Below, piece after piece: positions 9,770 through 18,736 of a DNA stretch of 64,000 bases (position 1 is the stretch's first letter; every line of letters starts with the position of its first letter). Under the pieces are notes generated by a model, which saw nothing but the letters and a program-made list of their open reading frames with translations, searched no databases and was not told the DNA's origin. The translations under genes and the position numbers were made by a program. Origin of the DNA: an uncultured Cytophagales bacterium (GTDB taxonomy: Bacteria > Bacteroidota > Bacteroidia > Cytophagales > JAAEPT01); assembly GCA_963849955.1 (NCBI GenBank), contig CAWKJU010000005.1, positions 2,886 through 66,885 on the forward strand, in the 5' to 3' direction.

Positions 9770-10749
9770 CGTGGAATCTCGATGTTATTAATTATTTCTT
9801 CAATGATTTGTCTTCCAGTTATTGATTCCATCTCTTTTTCAGGTGTCACCACCACGCGGTGAATTAATACTGATGGAGTAACTAGTTTAATGTCTTCTGG
9901 AGTAACAAAGTCTCGTCCACGTATTGCCGCAATTGCTTTGGAGCTGTTGAGAATAGCAATAGAGGCCCGGGGAGAAGCTCCTAAATAGAGTGAAGGATTG
10001 TTTCTAGTCTTTTCAACTATTTGGGCAATATATTTAATCAGGGGGCTTTCAATGTGTATTTCTTGTACCTTGTCGCGGTAATCTTTGAGTTTTTCAGCGC
10101 TAATCACTGGAGCAATTTTATTAAAGTCTACATTGTTTTTTCGTTGATGAACTCCAGTTATGATTGCTATTTCTTCTTCTAAATTAGGGTAGTTTACCTC
10201 TATTTTAAACATAAAGCGATCGAGTTGTGCCTCAGGTAATCGGTAGGTACCTTCTTGCTCAACAGGGTTTTGTGTGGCCACGACTATAAACGGATATGCA
10301 AGTTTGTATTCCTTGCCATCTGCGGTTATTTGTCGTTCTTCCATTGCTTCAAACAAAGCAGCTTGGGTTTTTGCTGGTGCACGATTTATTTCATCAATTA
10401 ATACGATGTTTGAAAATATAGGTCCTTTTCTAAACTCAAACTCGTTTACTTTTTGATTGAATATGGCGGTACCTAATACATCAGAAGGCATTAGGTCAGG
10501 AGTAAATTGAATCCGGCTAAAGTCAACAGAAATGGTTTTAGAAAATAGTTTTGAAGTCAATGTTTTAGCTACACCAGGAACACCTTCCATTAAAATATGG
10601 CCATCGGCAAGTAGCGCTGCGGCTATTAAATCAACCATTTCGGCTTGTCCGATGATTATTTTTCCAATTTCATATTTTATTTTTTCTATTGCTTCACGCA
10701 ATTCGTTTAAATCAATTCTTTGTTCAAACGAAGGGGTTATTTCTTCCAT
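9766..10749 (-). CDS. MoxR-family AAA+ ATPase
   Basis: Walker A GVPGVAKT, Walker B LIDEINRA, and QNPVEQEGTYRLPEAQLDRF typical of the MoxR/AAA_3 family. Confidence 0.9.
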   Translation of the reverse strand: MEEITPSFEQRIDLNELREAIEKIKYEIGKIIIGQAEMVDLIAAALLADGHILMEGVPGVAKTLTSKLFSKTISVDFSRIQFTPDLMPSDVLGTAIFNQKVNEFEFRKGPIFSNIVLIDEINRAPAKTQAALFEAMEERQITADGKEYKLAYPFIVVATQNPVEQEGTYRLPEAQLDRFMFKIEVNYPNLEEEIAIITGVHQRKNNVDFNKIAPVISAEKLKDYRDKVQEIHIESPLIKYIAQIVEKTRNNPSLYLGASPRASIAILNSSKAIAAIRGRDFVTPEDIKLVTPSVLIHRVVVTPEKEMESITGRQIIEEIINNIEIPR

Positions 10750-12113
10750 TATTTTTGAGTTTCATTAATGAATTTATCGACTGTCTTATTAAGCGCGAGG
10801 AGTTCCTCATCACTTACTTTTTCTTTGGTAGCAAGTTCATGGGTGAAAGCAAATATGTGCTTTAACCGATCCTGATCAATTTGAGTTTGTTCCGATAGCT
10901 TGGTGTAGAAGTCTTCCTTCTTATCAATCGGATTGAGCTTAAATTTTGAGCGGATATAATCATAAAAAAAGGTTACTTTTTTACGTGCTATATTCGATTT
11001 TTCACCTCTTTGTAGGTAGAGTTGACTCATGGTTTCTATATACTCGATTGTCTTGTTGGTCGGTAATTGGTAAAGCGGAATTAGTCGCTGTCTCCGTTTC
11101 ATTCCAAAGAGCATAAAGATCACCATCGTAGAAATCGCTAAAATTAAAGCCCACTTTAACGCAGGTTCCGACATGATGAATTGAAAATAAGAATATCCTG
11201 AAGAGGAATTTTCAAAGCTTCTGTATTCATTACCCCAATAAGTGTCTTCAACGGGTAAATGACTTAGTGTTTTTGAAAGGTATTTTTGGTTATCTGCATG
11301 TAATAGGTGATAGTTGGTAAAAACTATGGGTGTACTGGATAAAATGAATGCTCCTTTTCCGTAATTTATTTTAAGTAGTACGGGTTGATCAAAATTGTTT
11401 TTTGCTAATACTTTGATGTCTTCTGTTTCAATGACATTAAAGTAAGATTCTCCAGTATAATTTTTTAGCGGAAATTCATGGTCATCATACAAAATGGATA
11501 TGGAATCAGATTTTGCAACAATCATTTGACTAATTGGTATTTTTAAAAATGGTTGAAAAGCATCAATGGTGTTACTAGTAATAAATGCATGATTACCAGA
11601 ATACACATGAAACAAAAGCGCTTTTCTGTCAAAGTCATTCAGGTAAAAATTGTTTCCTATATAGATAACGTTGAATTTTTTATGGTCATCAGTAAGAGCT
11701 AACGTTTCCAGTTCATCATAAAAAGCATCATTCAATTGAATATTAGAGGTGTCAGTAATAGGACTGGTTATAGAACTACTATCAAGTAACGAATCTATTT
11801 CAAACCAAAAATTTGAATCATCATTCGTGTTATTTTCTTCCTCATCTTGAGCTTCTAAGTTGTTTGTCAAAACCAAGACTTCTTCTTCATATTGTTTAAA
11901 AATGCTACTTGTTAACTCTCCAAGTCGTTTGTTTGGAAATAATGCAGGGAGCGCATCTTTCACTAACTTACACCCATAAGGGTTTTTGTCCAGCTTCGAA
12001 TAAGTTGGATGCCAATTATGTGGTTTTTTACCATTTATTTCAGCAATCACTAAAATGATAAACAGCAGGAATAAACCTACAACTACGCCTAATATAAGAG
12101 GTGTTTTCTTCAA
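10749..12113 (-). CDS. DUF4350-like membrane protein
   Basis: N-terminal TM, a large extracytoplasmic domain, a second TM (LILAISTMVIFMLFG) and a helical C-terminus. It sits between the DUF4129-like and MoxR genes. Confidence 0.6.
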   Translation of the reverse strand: MKKTPLILGVVVGLFLLFIILVIAEINGKKPHNWHPTYSKLDKNPYGCKLVKDALPALFPNKRLGELTSSIFKQYEEEVLVLTNNLEAQDEEENNTNDDSNFWFEIDSLLDSSSITSPITDTSNIQLNDAFYDELETLALTDDHKKFNVIYIGNNFYLNDFDRKALLFHVYSGNHAFITSNTIDAFQPFLKIPISQMIVAKSDSISILYDDHEFPLKNYTGESYFNVIETEDIKVLAKNNFDQPVLLKINYGKGAFILSSTPIVFTNYHLLHADNQKYLSKTLSHLPVEDTYWGNEYRSFENSSSGYSYFQFIMSEPALKWALILAISTMVIFMLFGMKRRQRLIPLYQLPTNKTIEYIETMSQLYLQRGEKSNIARKKVTFFYDYIRSKFKLNPIDKKEDFYTKLSEQTQIDQDRLKHIFAFTHELATKEKVSDEELLALNKTVDKFINETQK

Positions 12114-12114
12114 C

Positions 12115-12786
12115 TTAGTTCATTTTATTTACCTCTAGAATTATTTTTTTGAATTCAGGCTCTATACTTAGATATAACTCTTTGGATATGATAAAATCGC
12201 CATACCATGCATATTCATAGAGGAAGGTGGTTTTAGAGAATGCCTTTTCAAGTATATGACTTCTCATTTCAAGCAGATATTCATGATTAGTTTTGTCTAA
12301 CTCCCATATTATAAGGTTCTTCAGCGACATTTCTTTTAACAAGTTGAGGTAAAGAAATCGAATAGCTATTCTATAGTTTTGCTGTTGCAGTGCTTCTTGC
12401 ACTTTTAAGGCAAAGTCGATAGTTTCAATATGTTCCGTATTATAGATGTCAATGGATTCCGTGTCTTTTTTATTTCTGATAAACCCTGCGTCTGATTTTG
12501 ATATAAAGTAGAAAAGCCCAACAATTAAAGCGATGATAATTGCAATTGAAATAATTTTACCAAAGACTGTTGAGAAAAATTCTAAAAACGCTGCAATACC
12601 TCTCATTAACCACCCTGGTTGATAAGGTGATTCAACTTTGTCGTAGTTATAACTAGCATCGTTTTTCCACTTACTAATTTGCTCCTGATCAAAAGAGCGT
12701 TCATTATAGTTTAATGTGGAAGAAAAACTTGCCACAGAAAAAGAAATGGTAATTAATAAGATGAGGTGGTATAGTCTAAATCTCAT
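12115..12786 (-). CDS. DUF4129-like membrane protein
   Basis: Signal/TM segment, a central TM and a C-terminal helical domain (EYAWYGDF). Confidence 0.55.
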   Translation of the reverse strand: MRFRLYHLILLITISFSVASFSSTLNYNERSFDQEQISKWKNDASYNYDKVESPYQPGWLMRGIAAFLEFFSTVFGKIISIAIIIALIVGLFYFISKSDAGFIRNKKDTESIDIYNTEHIETIDFALKVQEALQQQNYRIAIRFLYLNLLKEMSLKNLIIWELDKTNHEYLLEMRSHILEKAFSKTTFLYEYAWYGDFIISKELYLSIEPEFKKIILEVNKMN

Positions 12787-13738
12787 TGTTTTCTTTTTTG
12801 AGTTTTAGAGGGTAAAAAACAAAATAATACAGTACAAATGCTGCGGAACTTATAATTATTAGAAGTCTAATTGACCAATGGCTGTCGGTAAGCCGGGTAA
12901 CAAAACTTTCTAAAAAACCAGCTATAATAATGAGCGGTATAATTCCTAAGAATATTTTTGACGATTTTTTAGCCCCGGCAATTAATGATAATTTCCTCGA
13001 GTAGGTACCAGGAAACAAAATGCTATTTCCTAATACTATGCCGGCAGCCCCAGCTATTATAATACATGAAATCTCAATGGTACCGTGGATCCAAATAGTG
13101 AGGAAAGAGGTCGTTAAAAGCCCTTTTTTAAAGAAAAACCACTGGAATGCTCCAAGCATCACTCCGTTTCTAAATAGAAACCAATACGAACCAAAGGAAA
13201 TAAAAAAACCAGATAGGAAGGTGTAAAACGATACCCGTATATTGTTAGTAGTAATACTAAAGAACATAGAACCACTATCAGCATCCTTATAAATCGCCAT
13301 AGGGTCACCTTTTTCAATATTATCCAAGGTTGTCTCCACATATTGGTCGCCTAAAATTATTCGAGGGAAATTATCGTCATAGGAAGTGGAAACTACACCG
13401 ATAAGACAACTAAGAGTAAAAAACACAAAGGAATACAGTAATTGCTTATGAACAGAACTGAAAGTAAGGGGCAGCTCGTATTTCCAAAAATTTACAAATC
13501 GATTAGATTTCTCTTTTTTGTTCTTATAAATGGCTTCATAGATGTTCGAAGCTAACCCATTAAGATAAATTTCAGTTTTACTTTCAGGGTAATTAGTTCG
13601 AGCATACGCAAGATCATCATTTAGTTCAATGAATAAGTTTGCTAACTTATCTGGATCGTTTTTGCCACCAGAGGCCAGCATTACTTCTACATCGCGCCAT
13701 TTCGCTTCATTCCTTTTAAGAAATACAACCTCCCTCAT
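12776..13738 (-). CDS. SpoIIM-like (stage II sporulation protein M family) membrane protein
   Basis: A soluble N-terminus of about 90 aa followed by 5-6 TM helices, in the conserved context of the MoxR cluster. Confidence 0.6.
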   Translation of the reverse strand: MREVVFLKRNEAKWRDVEVMLASGGKNDPDKLANLFIELNDDLAYARTNYPESKTEIYLNGLASNIYEAIYKNKKEKSNRFVNFWKYELPLTFSSVHKQLLYSFVFFTLSCLIGVVSTSYDDNFPRIILGDQYVETTLDNIEKGDPMAIYKDADSGSMFFSITTNNIRVSFYTFLSGFFISFGSYWFLFRNGVMLGAFQWFFFKKGLLTTSFLTIWIHGTIEISCIIIAGAAGIVLGNSILFPGTYSRKLSLIAGAKKSSKIFLGIIPLIIIAGFLESFVTRLTDSHWSIRLLIIISSAAFVLYYFVFYPLKLKKENNEI

Positions 13739-13780
13739 GAAAAATAATTATCTTGTCAAAAGTTAGAAAAAAAGCCCACA

Positions 13781-14605
13781 ATGGCAAAGATTCAGATAGA
13801 AACAACCCAAAACGTTCTTTTAGATTTTCAGCTAGGAGATGTAGGCGAACGAATAGGGGCTGGACTTATTGATATTTTATTCATTGTCATGTATTGTTTT
13901 ATAGCGGGCATCACGTTCAGTTGGATTTTTTCAGTTTCGGTTTTCAATTCCTTTTCATCTTCGTTTGTGCTTTATTATCTTTTATTTGGCTTACCTATCC
14001 TGTTTTATTATCCAATGTTTGAATTTTTATGGAACGGTGCTACTCCAGGTAAACGCGTTCTTAAATTGAAAGTCTTACGCGTAGACGGAGTTAAACCGAC
14101 ATTAGGCGATTTTATATTGAGATGGGTTTTTAGAACACTTGATGTAAATGGCATGTTTTTATTTTTGATCATCTTTATCAATAGTATGGATAAGAATGAA
14201 CTAACGGGATTAGCAGTGTTTAGCTATATTTTTCCTATCCCAATAATTGGTATGTCATTTATGATTTTCACTCAAAACAATCAGCGTCTAGGCGATTTAG
14301 TTGCCAAAACAGTTGTGGTCAAAACTAAAAAAAGAGCTTCCCTTGAAGATACTTTATTAGAGAGCTTAGAAAAACAATATGTACCGAAAATTCATAACGT
14401 TTTACAACTATCTGATCGTGATATTAGAACGATAAAAGAAGCTCTGGATCATTATGAGAAAAGTAACGATGATAAACACGTGACCATTTTAGCTCAAAAA
14501 GCTACTCAGATTCTTAATGTGAAAATAAAGGCCAAGCCTGATACTTTATTAAGGATAATTTTAAAAGATTATAATAAATTAGCCACCGAAGCTGATGTTT
14601 TCTAA
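13781..14605 (+). CDS. RDD family membrane protein
   Basis: RIGAGLIDILF near the N-terminus and QRLGDLVAKTVVV after the TM bundle are the RDD signature positions. Confidence 0.75.
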   Translation: MAKIQIETTQNVLLDFQLGDVGERIGAGLIDILFIVMYCFIAGITFSWIFSVSVFNSFSSSFVLYYLLFGLPILFYYPMFEFLWNGATPGKRVLKLKVLRVDGVKPTLGDFILRWVFRTLDVNGMFLFLIIFINSMDKNELTGLAVFSYIFPIPIIGMSFMIFTQNNQRLGDLVAKTVVVKTKKRASLEDTLLESLEKQYVPKIHNVLQLSDRDIRTIKEALDHYEKSNDDKHVTILAQKATQILNVKIKAKPDTLLRIILKDYNKLATEADVF

Positions 14606-14840
14606 AAAATTACCTTCAATTTCGAAAGCTCAACTATCTCTGCGGAATGGTCAAGACAAGCCGGAAGTTTGGGTTGCCTATAAAGGGTTGGTTTATGATG
14701 TTACTAAATCAAAACTCTGGAGAAATGGTAAACATTATGAACATTGGGCTGGACAAGATTTAACGAGCGAAATGATTGATGCCCCGCATACCGAATTTGT
14801 GTTTGATAAGTTTGAAGTAATTGGTAATTTAATTCAATGA
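14595..14840 (+). CDS. cytochrome b5-like heme/steroid-binding domain protein (small)
   Basis: 81 aa. The KGLVYDVTKSKLWRNGKHYEHWAGQDLT pattern fits small b5-like domain proteins. It overlaps both neighbouring genes. Confidence 0.55.
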   Translation: MFSKKLPSISKAQLSLRNGQDKPEVWVAYKGLVYDVTKSKLWRNGKHYEHWAGQDLTSEMIDAPHTEFVFDKFEVIGNLIQ

Positions 14841-15697
14841 TAGTAGTTGCAGATAGCGGATCCACGAAAACTGATTGGAGAATAATTTCTACAAACGGAG
14901 CTATTGATCAGATAGAAACAGATGGCATTAATCCATTTCATCAGCGGAAAGAAGAAATTCAGGCCATTATTGAGAAGAGTGATTTGCCTCGGTTAGCAAG
15001 GCGTACACAAGAAATCTATTTCTATGGTGCAGGTTGCAATTACCCCGATAAGATAGAAGTTGTGCACGAAAGCATTAAAGCATTTTTTCCTCAGTCAGAT
15101 ATCTTTGTTGACCATGATTTAATTGCTGCAGCAAAAGCACTTTGTGCAGACAGGGAGGGCATTGTTTCAATATTAGGTACGGGCTCTAATTCCTGTTATT
15201 ATGATGGAACATCTATCTTTCAAGCTACACCATCATTGGGTTATATATTGGGTGATGAAGGGAGTGGGGCATATATGGGTAGAAAGTTTATTAAAGAATA
15301 TTTATATAAAAAATCTCCCGAGAGTGTTCGTGAAAAGTTCAATCAAAAATATGGTTATTCCACTGATTTTATTCTTGATTCAGTATATAGCAAAACAATG
15401 GCCAATCGATTTCTAGCAGCTTTTGCATTTTTTTTCAAAGAAAATATTCAGCACCCCTATATTCATGGATTGGTGTATGAATGTTTTTATGATTTTTTGG
15501 ATACACACATTTTAAAATATAAAAAACATGAGAGCCTACCTGCAAATTTTGTGGGTTCTATTGCTTATCATTTTCAAGATATCTTAGAAAAGGTAGTTGT
15601 AGATGCAGGTTTACATTTTGGTAAAGTAATTCAAAGTCCAATAATGGGTTTGACATCCTATCATCAAAATAATAGCGAGGTATTAAAAAGAAAATGA
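14837..15697 (+). CDS. BadF/BadG/BcrA/BcrD-type sugar kinase (MurNAc/GlcNAc kinase, MurK-like)
   Basis: VVADSGSTKTDW N-terminal ATPase motif and GTGSNS; overlaps murQ by 4 nt. Confidence 0.7.
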   Translation: MIVVADSGSTKTDWRIISTNGAIDQIETDGINPFHQRKEEIQAIIEKSDLPRLARRTQEIYFYGAGCNYPDKIEVVHESIKAFFPQSDIFVDHDLIAAAKALCADREGIVSILGTGSNSCYYDGTSIFQATPSLGYILGDEGSGAYMGRKFIKEYLYKKSPESVREKFNQKYGYSTDFILDSVYSKTMANRFLAAFAFFFKENIQHPYIHGLVYECFYDFLDTHILKYKKHESLPANFVGSIAYHFQDILEKVVVDAGLHFGKVIQSPIMGLTSYHQNNSEVLKRK

Positions 15698-16503
15698 GTT
15701 CGACTGAATCAGCATCTAAATATAACGATTTAGAAAAAATGTCTGTAAAATCTCTTTTAGAGGGCATTAATAAAGAAGACCAATCGGTACCGCTGGCAGT
15801 AGAAAAAGCGATTCCGCAAATTGAATCCTTAGTGGAATCAATAGTTCCTAAAATGAAAAACGGGGGGAGACTATTTTATATTGGTGCTGGTACAAGTGGA
15901 AGATTAGGCATAGTGGATGCTAGTGAGTGTCCACCAACTTATGGTATTCCACATGGTGTAGTGGTTGGTATCATAGCGGGTGGTGATCAAGCCATTAGAA
16001 CAGCAGTAGAATTTGCGGAGGACGATGTAGATTTAGCATGGAGTGATTTATCTGCATATAGTTTAACAGAAGATGATACAGTGATCGGTATTGCCGCTTC
16101 AGGAAGAACACCTTATGTTATCGGAGGTTTAAAAAAATGCCAGGAAAATAAGATCACAACTGGATGTATTGTTTGTAATGAGGATTCACCCATAGTAAAA
16201 GTTGCTGATTTTCCGGTTGTTGCTGTGGTAGGTCCAGAGTTTGTAACAGGAAGTACTCGAATGAAAGCTGGAACTGCTCAAAAGTTGATTTTAAATATGA
16301 TTTCAACTGCTGTGATGATACAGTTGGGGAGAGTGAAGGGAAACAAAATGGTAGATATGCAGTTGAGCAACCACAAGCTTGTTGAGCGGGGTCGACAAAT
16401 GATTATTGCTGAAACTGGCGCAAGTTACGAGCAGGCATCCCTTTTTTTAGAAAAAGAGGGTAGCGTGAGAAAAGCTATTGAAGCTTTTGAATCTCAGAGA
16501 TAG
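15694..16503 (+). CDS. murQ: N-acetylmuramic acid 6-phosphate etherase
   Basis: SIS domain (GAGTSGRLG, ASECPPTYG, GSTRMKAGTAQK). Confidence 0.9.
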   Translation: MSSTESASKYNDLEKMSVKSLLEGINKEDQSVPLAVEKAIPQIESLVESIVPKMKNGGRLFYIGAGTSGRLGIVDASECPPTYGIPHGVVVGIIAGGDQAIRTAVEFAEDDVDLAWSDLSAYSLTEDDTVIGIAASGRTPYVIGGLKKCQENKITTGCIVCNEDSPIVKVADFPVVAVVGPEFVTGSTRMKAGTAQKLILNMISTAVMIQLGRVKGNKMVDMQLSNHKLVERGRQMIIAETGASYEQASLFLEKEGSVRKAIEAFESQR

Positions 16504-17050
16504 GTGTTTTAGCATTAAAAAGATAGAGCTTTCCTGATTTTACATCTTTACAGAGAAAGCGTGTTCTTTTTTTTTCAATTTTCACAAAGCTTTTTTTTCG
16601 AAAGACGAAGGTTTCTCCCAAACTAACATCATCAATGGATAGGTATGGGTGATTATTAAAAAGGGAGCTGTGTAAAGAGGAGTTTATTTTTATTATAGAC
16701 TTAGGACTTTGTGCAAACTCATAAATGAGAGGCCTAAGCTCTAGATTAAAGATATTCTTGTCCAAGGCTTTAATAAGAAGTTCTTTAAAAATTTGTTTCC
16801 ATTCTTTACCATGAGGTTGAGCTTTTCTTCTAAACTTTTCAAAACAAATTCTGTGGGCTATTTCATGGATGAGCACAAAAAGAAAAGCTTGTTCTTTCAA
16901 ATTACCATTAATGGTGATTTGATGTTTGTTGTCTTTATTATAAAATCGGTAATCACCATGTTTGGATTGGCGTTCTTTTTTTACAATAATCTCAGTAGGG
17001 TATTGTTCTAAAAGTAGGTTTATAAAGTCTTTTTGGGTGGTGTTCAGCAT
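16475..17050 (-). CDS. SprT-like zinc metalloprotease family protein
   Basis: HEIAHR zinc motif within a SprT-like N-terminal domain. Its 3' end overlaps murQ by 29 nt (convergent). Confidence 0.65.
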   Translation of the reverse strand: MLNTTQKDFINLLLEQYPTEIIVKKERQSKHGDYRFYNKDNKHQITINGNLKEQAFLFVLIHEIAHRICFEKFRRKAQPHGKEWKQIFKELLIKALDKNIFNLELRPLIYEFAQSPKSIIKINSSLHSSLFNNHPYLSIDDVSLGETFVFRKKSFVKIEKKRTRFLCKDVKSGKLYLFNAKTPISEIQKLQ

Positions 17051-17057
17051 ATGAATG

Positions 17058-17090
17058 CAAAAAAAAAGAGTGTTAGTTAACTAACACTCT
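17058..17090 (-). terminator. intrinsic terminator of the acidic lipoprotein gene
   Basis: Perfect palindrome AGAGTGTTAGTTAACTAACACTCT (17068-17090) followed on the minus strand by a run of about 9 T. Confidence 0.75.
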
Positions 17091-17113
17091 TCTCTTCGTA
17101 AGATTTACTGAAA

Positions 17114-17359
17114 TTACTCAGCAGTTTCTTCAGCAGCTTCTTCAGTTTCTTCAGCAGCTTCTTCAGTTTCCTCAGCAGCCTCTTCTGTAGCATCTTCAGT
17201 TGCTTCCATAGCATCTTCAGTTGCCTCTTCAGCGTCTTCAGTTGCTTCAGCAGCAGTTTCTTCTACAGTAGTTTCTTCAGTAGTAGCAGTTTCACCACCA
17301 CCACAAGAGAACATAGTGAAAGACGCAGCAATCACTAAAAGAGCAAATAATTTTTTCAT
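17114..17359 (-). CDS. small acidic E/T/A-repeat lipoprotein
   Basis: MKKLFALLVIAASFTMFSCGGG is a lipoprotein signal with a Cys. The rest consists of EETAAEATEDAEEATED...EEAAEETEEAAEETEEAAEETAE repeats. I take the start as the second Met (17359). Confidence 0.65.
   Translation of the reverse strand: MKKLFALLVIAASFTMFSCGGGETATTEETTVEETAAEATEDAEEATEDAMEATEDATEEAAEETEEAAEETEEAAEETAE
17118..17290. repeat. in-frame tandem repeat (21-bp unit CAGCAGCTTCTTCAGTTTCTT and degenerate copies)
   Basis: Near-identical 21-bp units at 17131-17151 and 17152-17172, flanked by diverged copies. They encode the acidic repeats. Confidence 0.7.
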
Positions 17360-17428
17360 TAGATTTTTAATTTTATAGTTCAACAACTAAACAAATATAG
17401 ACATATTTTAATGATGTCAAAAAGAACC

Positions 17429-18736
17429 TTATTTTTTTCTAAAGAACAATTTTATTGGAGCCCCCTTAAATTCAAAATGAAGTCTTATTTTATTAGTAAG
17501 AAATCGTTCGTACGGTTCCTTGATATATTGAGGTAAATTACAAAACAAAGCAAAGCATGGATAGGGGGTCGGTAATTGAGTGATGTATTTAATTTTGATG
17601 TATTTGCCCTTAATGCTTGGTGGGGGATATTTTTCTATTTCAGGTAGAATCACGTCATTTAACGCAGAGGTAGATATTCGTGTAGTTAAATATTCATAGA
17701 CTTCGATAGCCGTTTCAATTGCTTTGTAGATTCTTGTTTTGTCTAAAGCAGAAATGAAAACGACAGGTATGTGTGTGTTTGGTTGTATTTTTGATAATAA
17801 ATCCTCTTGATATTTTTTTAAGGTCATCGTGTCTTTTTCCACCAAATCCCACTTATTGACTAGAATAACAACGCCTTTATTTCTTTCTTGTGCAATTCTT
17901 AAAATGTTGATGTCTTGTGACTCTAACCCAAGTTGGGCATCAATCATCAACATCACTACATCGGATTTTTCAATAGCATTAATTGATCTTAGTACCGAAT
18001 AAAACTCGACATCTTCGTGCACTTTTGTTTTCCTTCGTATCCCTGCTGTGTCGGTAATGATAAATTCTTTCCCAAATTGATTATAACGTGTATCAATAGA
18101 ATCCCGAGTTGTTCCTGAAATTTCAGTGACAATGCTTCTTTCTTTGCCTAAAATAGCATTGAGAAAGGACGATTTCCCTACATTAGGTCTCCCTGCAATG
18201 GTGATTTTTGGAATTCCAGCATCTGGATCTTCGTCACCTTCTTCTTGAAAAAAGCTTACGACTTTGTCTAAGAGTTCACCACTACCAAAACCTGATTGTG
18301 ATGAAACTGGGTAAATTTCATTAAACCCTAATTGATAAAACTCACCCATCATCATACTTTTTTCATTGGTATCTGATTTGTTGGCTACTACGATGACTGG
18401 TTTGTTTGTTTTACGAAGGTAATTGGCAAATTCTTTGTCAAGTTCGGTAATACCAATGTTAACATCTACCATAAAGAGAATGACGCTAGCCTCATCTAAG
18501 GCTAGTGACACCTGTTGGCGAATGGCTTCTTCAAATATATCATCAGAATTAGTAACATACCCACCTGTATCAATTACAGTGAAAAACTTATTTGTCCATT
18601 CTGCATAACCATAATGCCTATCACGAGTAATGCCACTTTCGTTATCCATGATAGCTTTTTTCTCTCCTATCAACCTATTGAAAAAAGTTGATTTCCCCAC
18701 GTTGGGTCTTCCTACTATTGCTACTGAATTTGCCAT
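17429..18736 (-). CDS. der: ribosome-associated GTPase Der/EngA
   Basis: Two tandem GTPase domains (GRPNVGKST twice, DTGG/DTAG, NKSD/NKWD) plus a KH-like C-terminus. Confidence 0.93.
   Translation of the reverse strand: MANSVAIVGRPNVGKSTFFNRLIGEKKAIMDNESGITRDRHYGYAEWTNKFFTVIDTGGYVTNSDDIFEEAIRQQVSLALDEASVILFMVDVNIGITELDKEFANYLRKTNKPVIVVANKSDTNEKSMMMGEFYQLGFNEIYPVSSQSGFGSGELLDKVVSFFQEEGDEDPDAGIPKITIAGRPNVGKSSFLNAILGKERSIVTEISGTTRDSIDTRYNQFGKEFIITDTAGIRRKTKVHEDVEFYSVLRSINAIEKSDVVMLMIDAQLGLESQDINILRIAQERNKGVVILVNKWDLVEKDTMTLKKYQEDLLSKIQPNTHIPVVFISALDKTRIYKAIETAIEVYEYLTTRISTSALNDVILPEIEKYPPPSIKGKYIKIKYITQLPTPYPCFALFCNLPQYIKEPYERFLTNKIRLHFEFKGAPIKLFFRKK

Noticed and set aside
16475-16503. 29-nt convergent overlap of the murQ and SprT-like 3' ends as a regulatory antisense feature
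   Set aside because: Short convergent overlaps are common in compact genomes, and there is no associated structure or motif.
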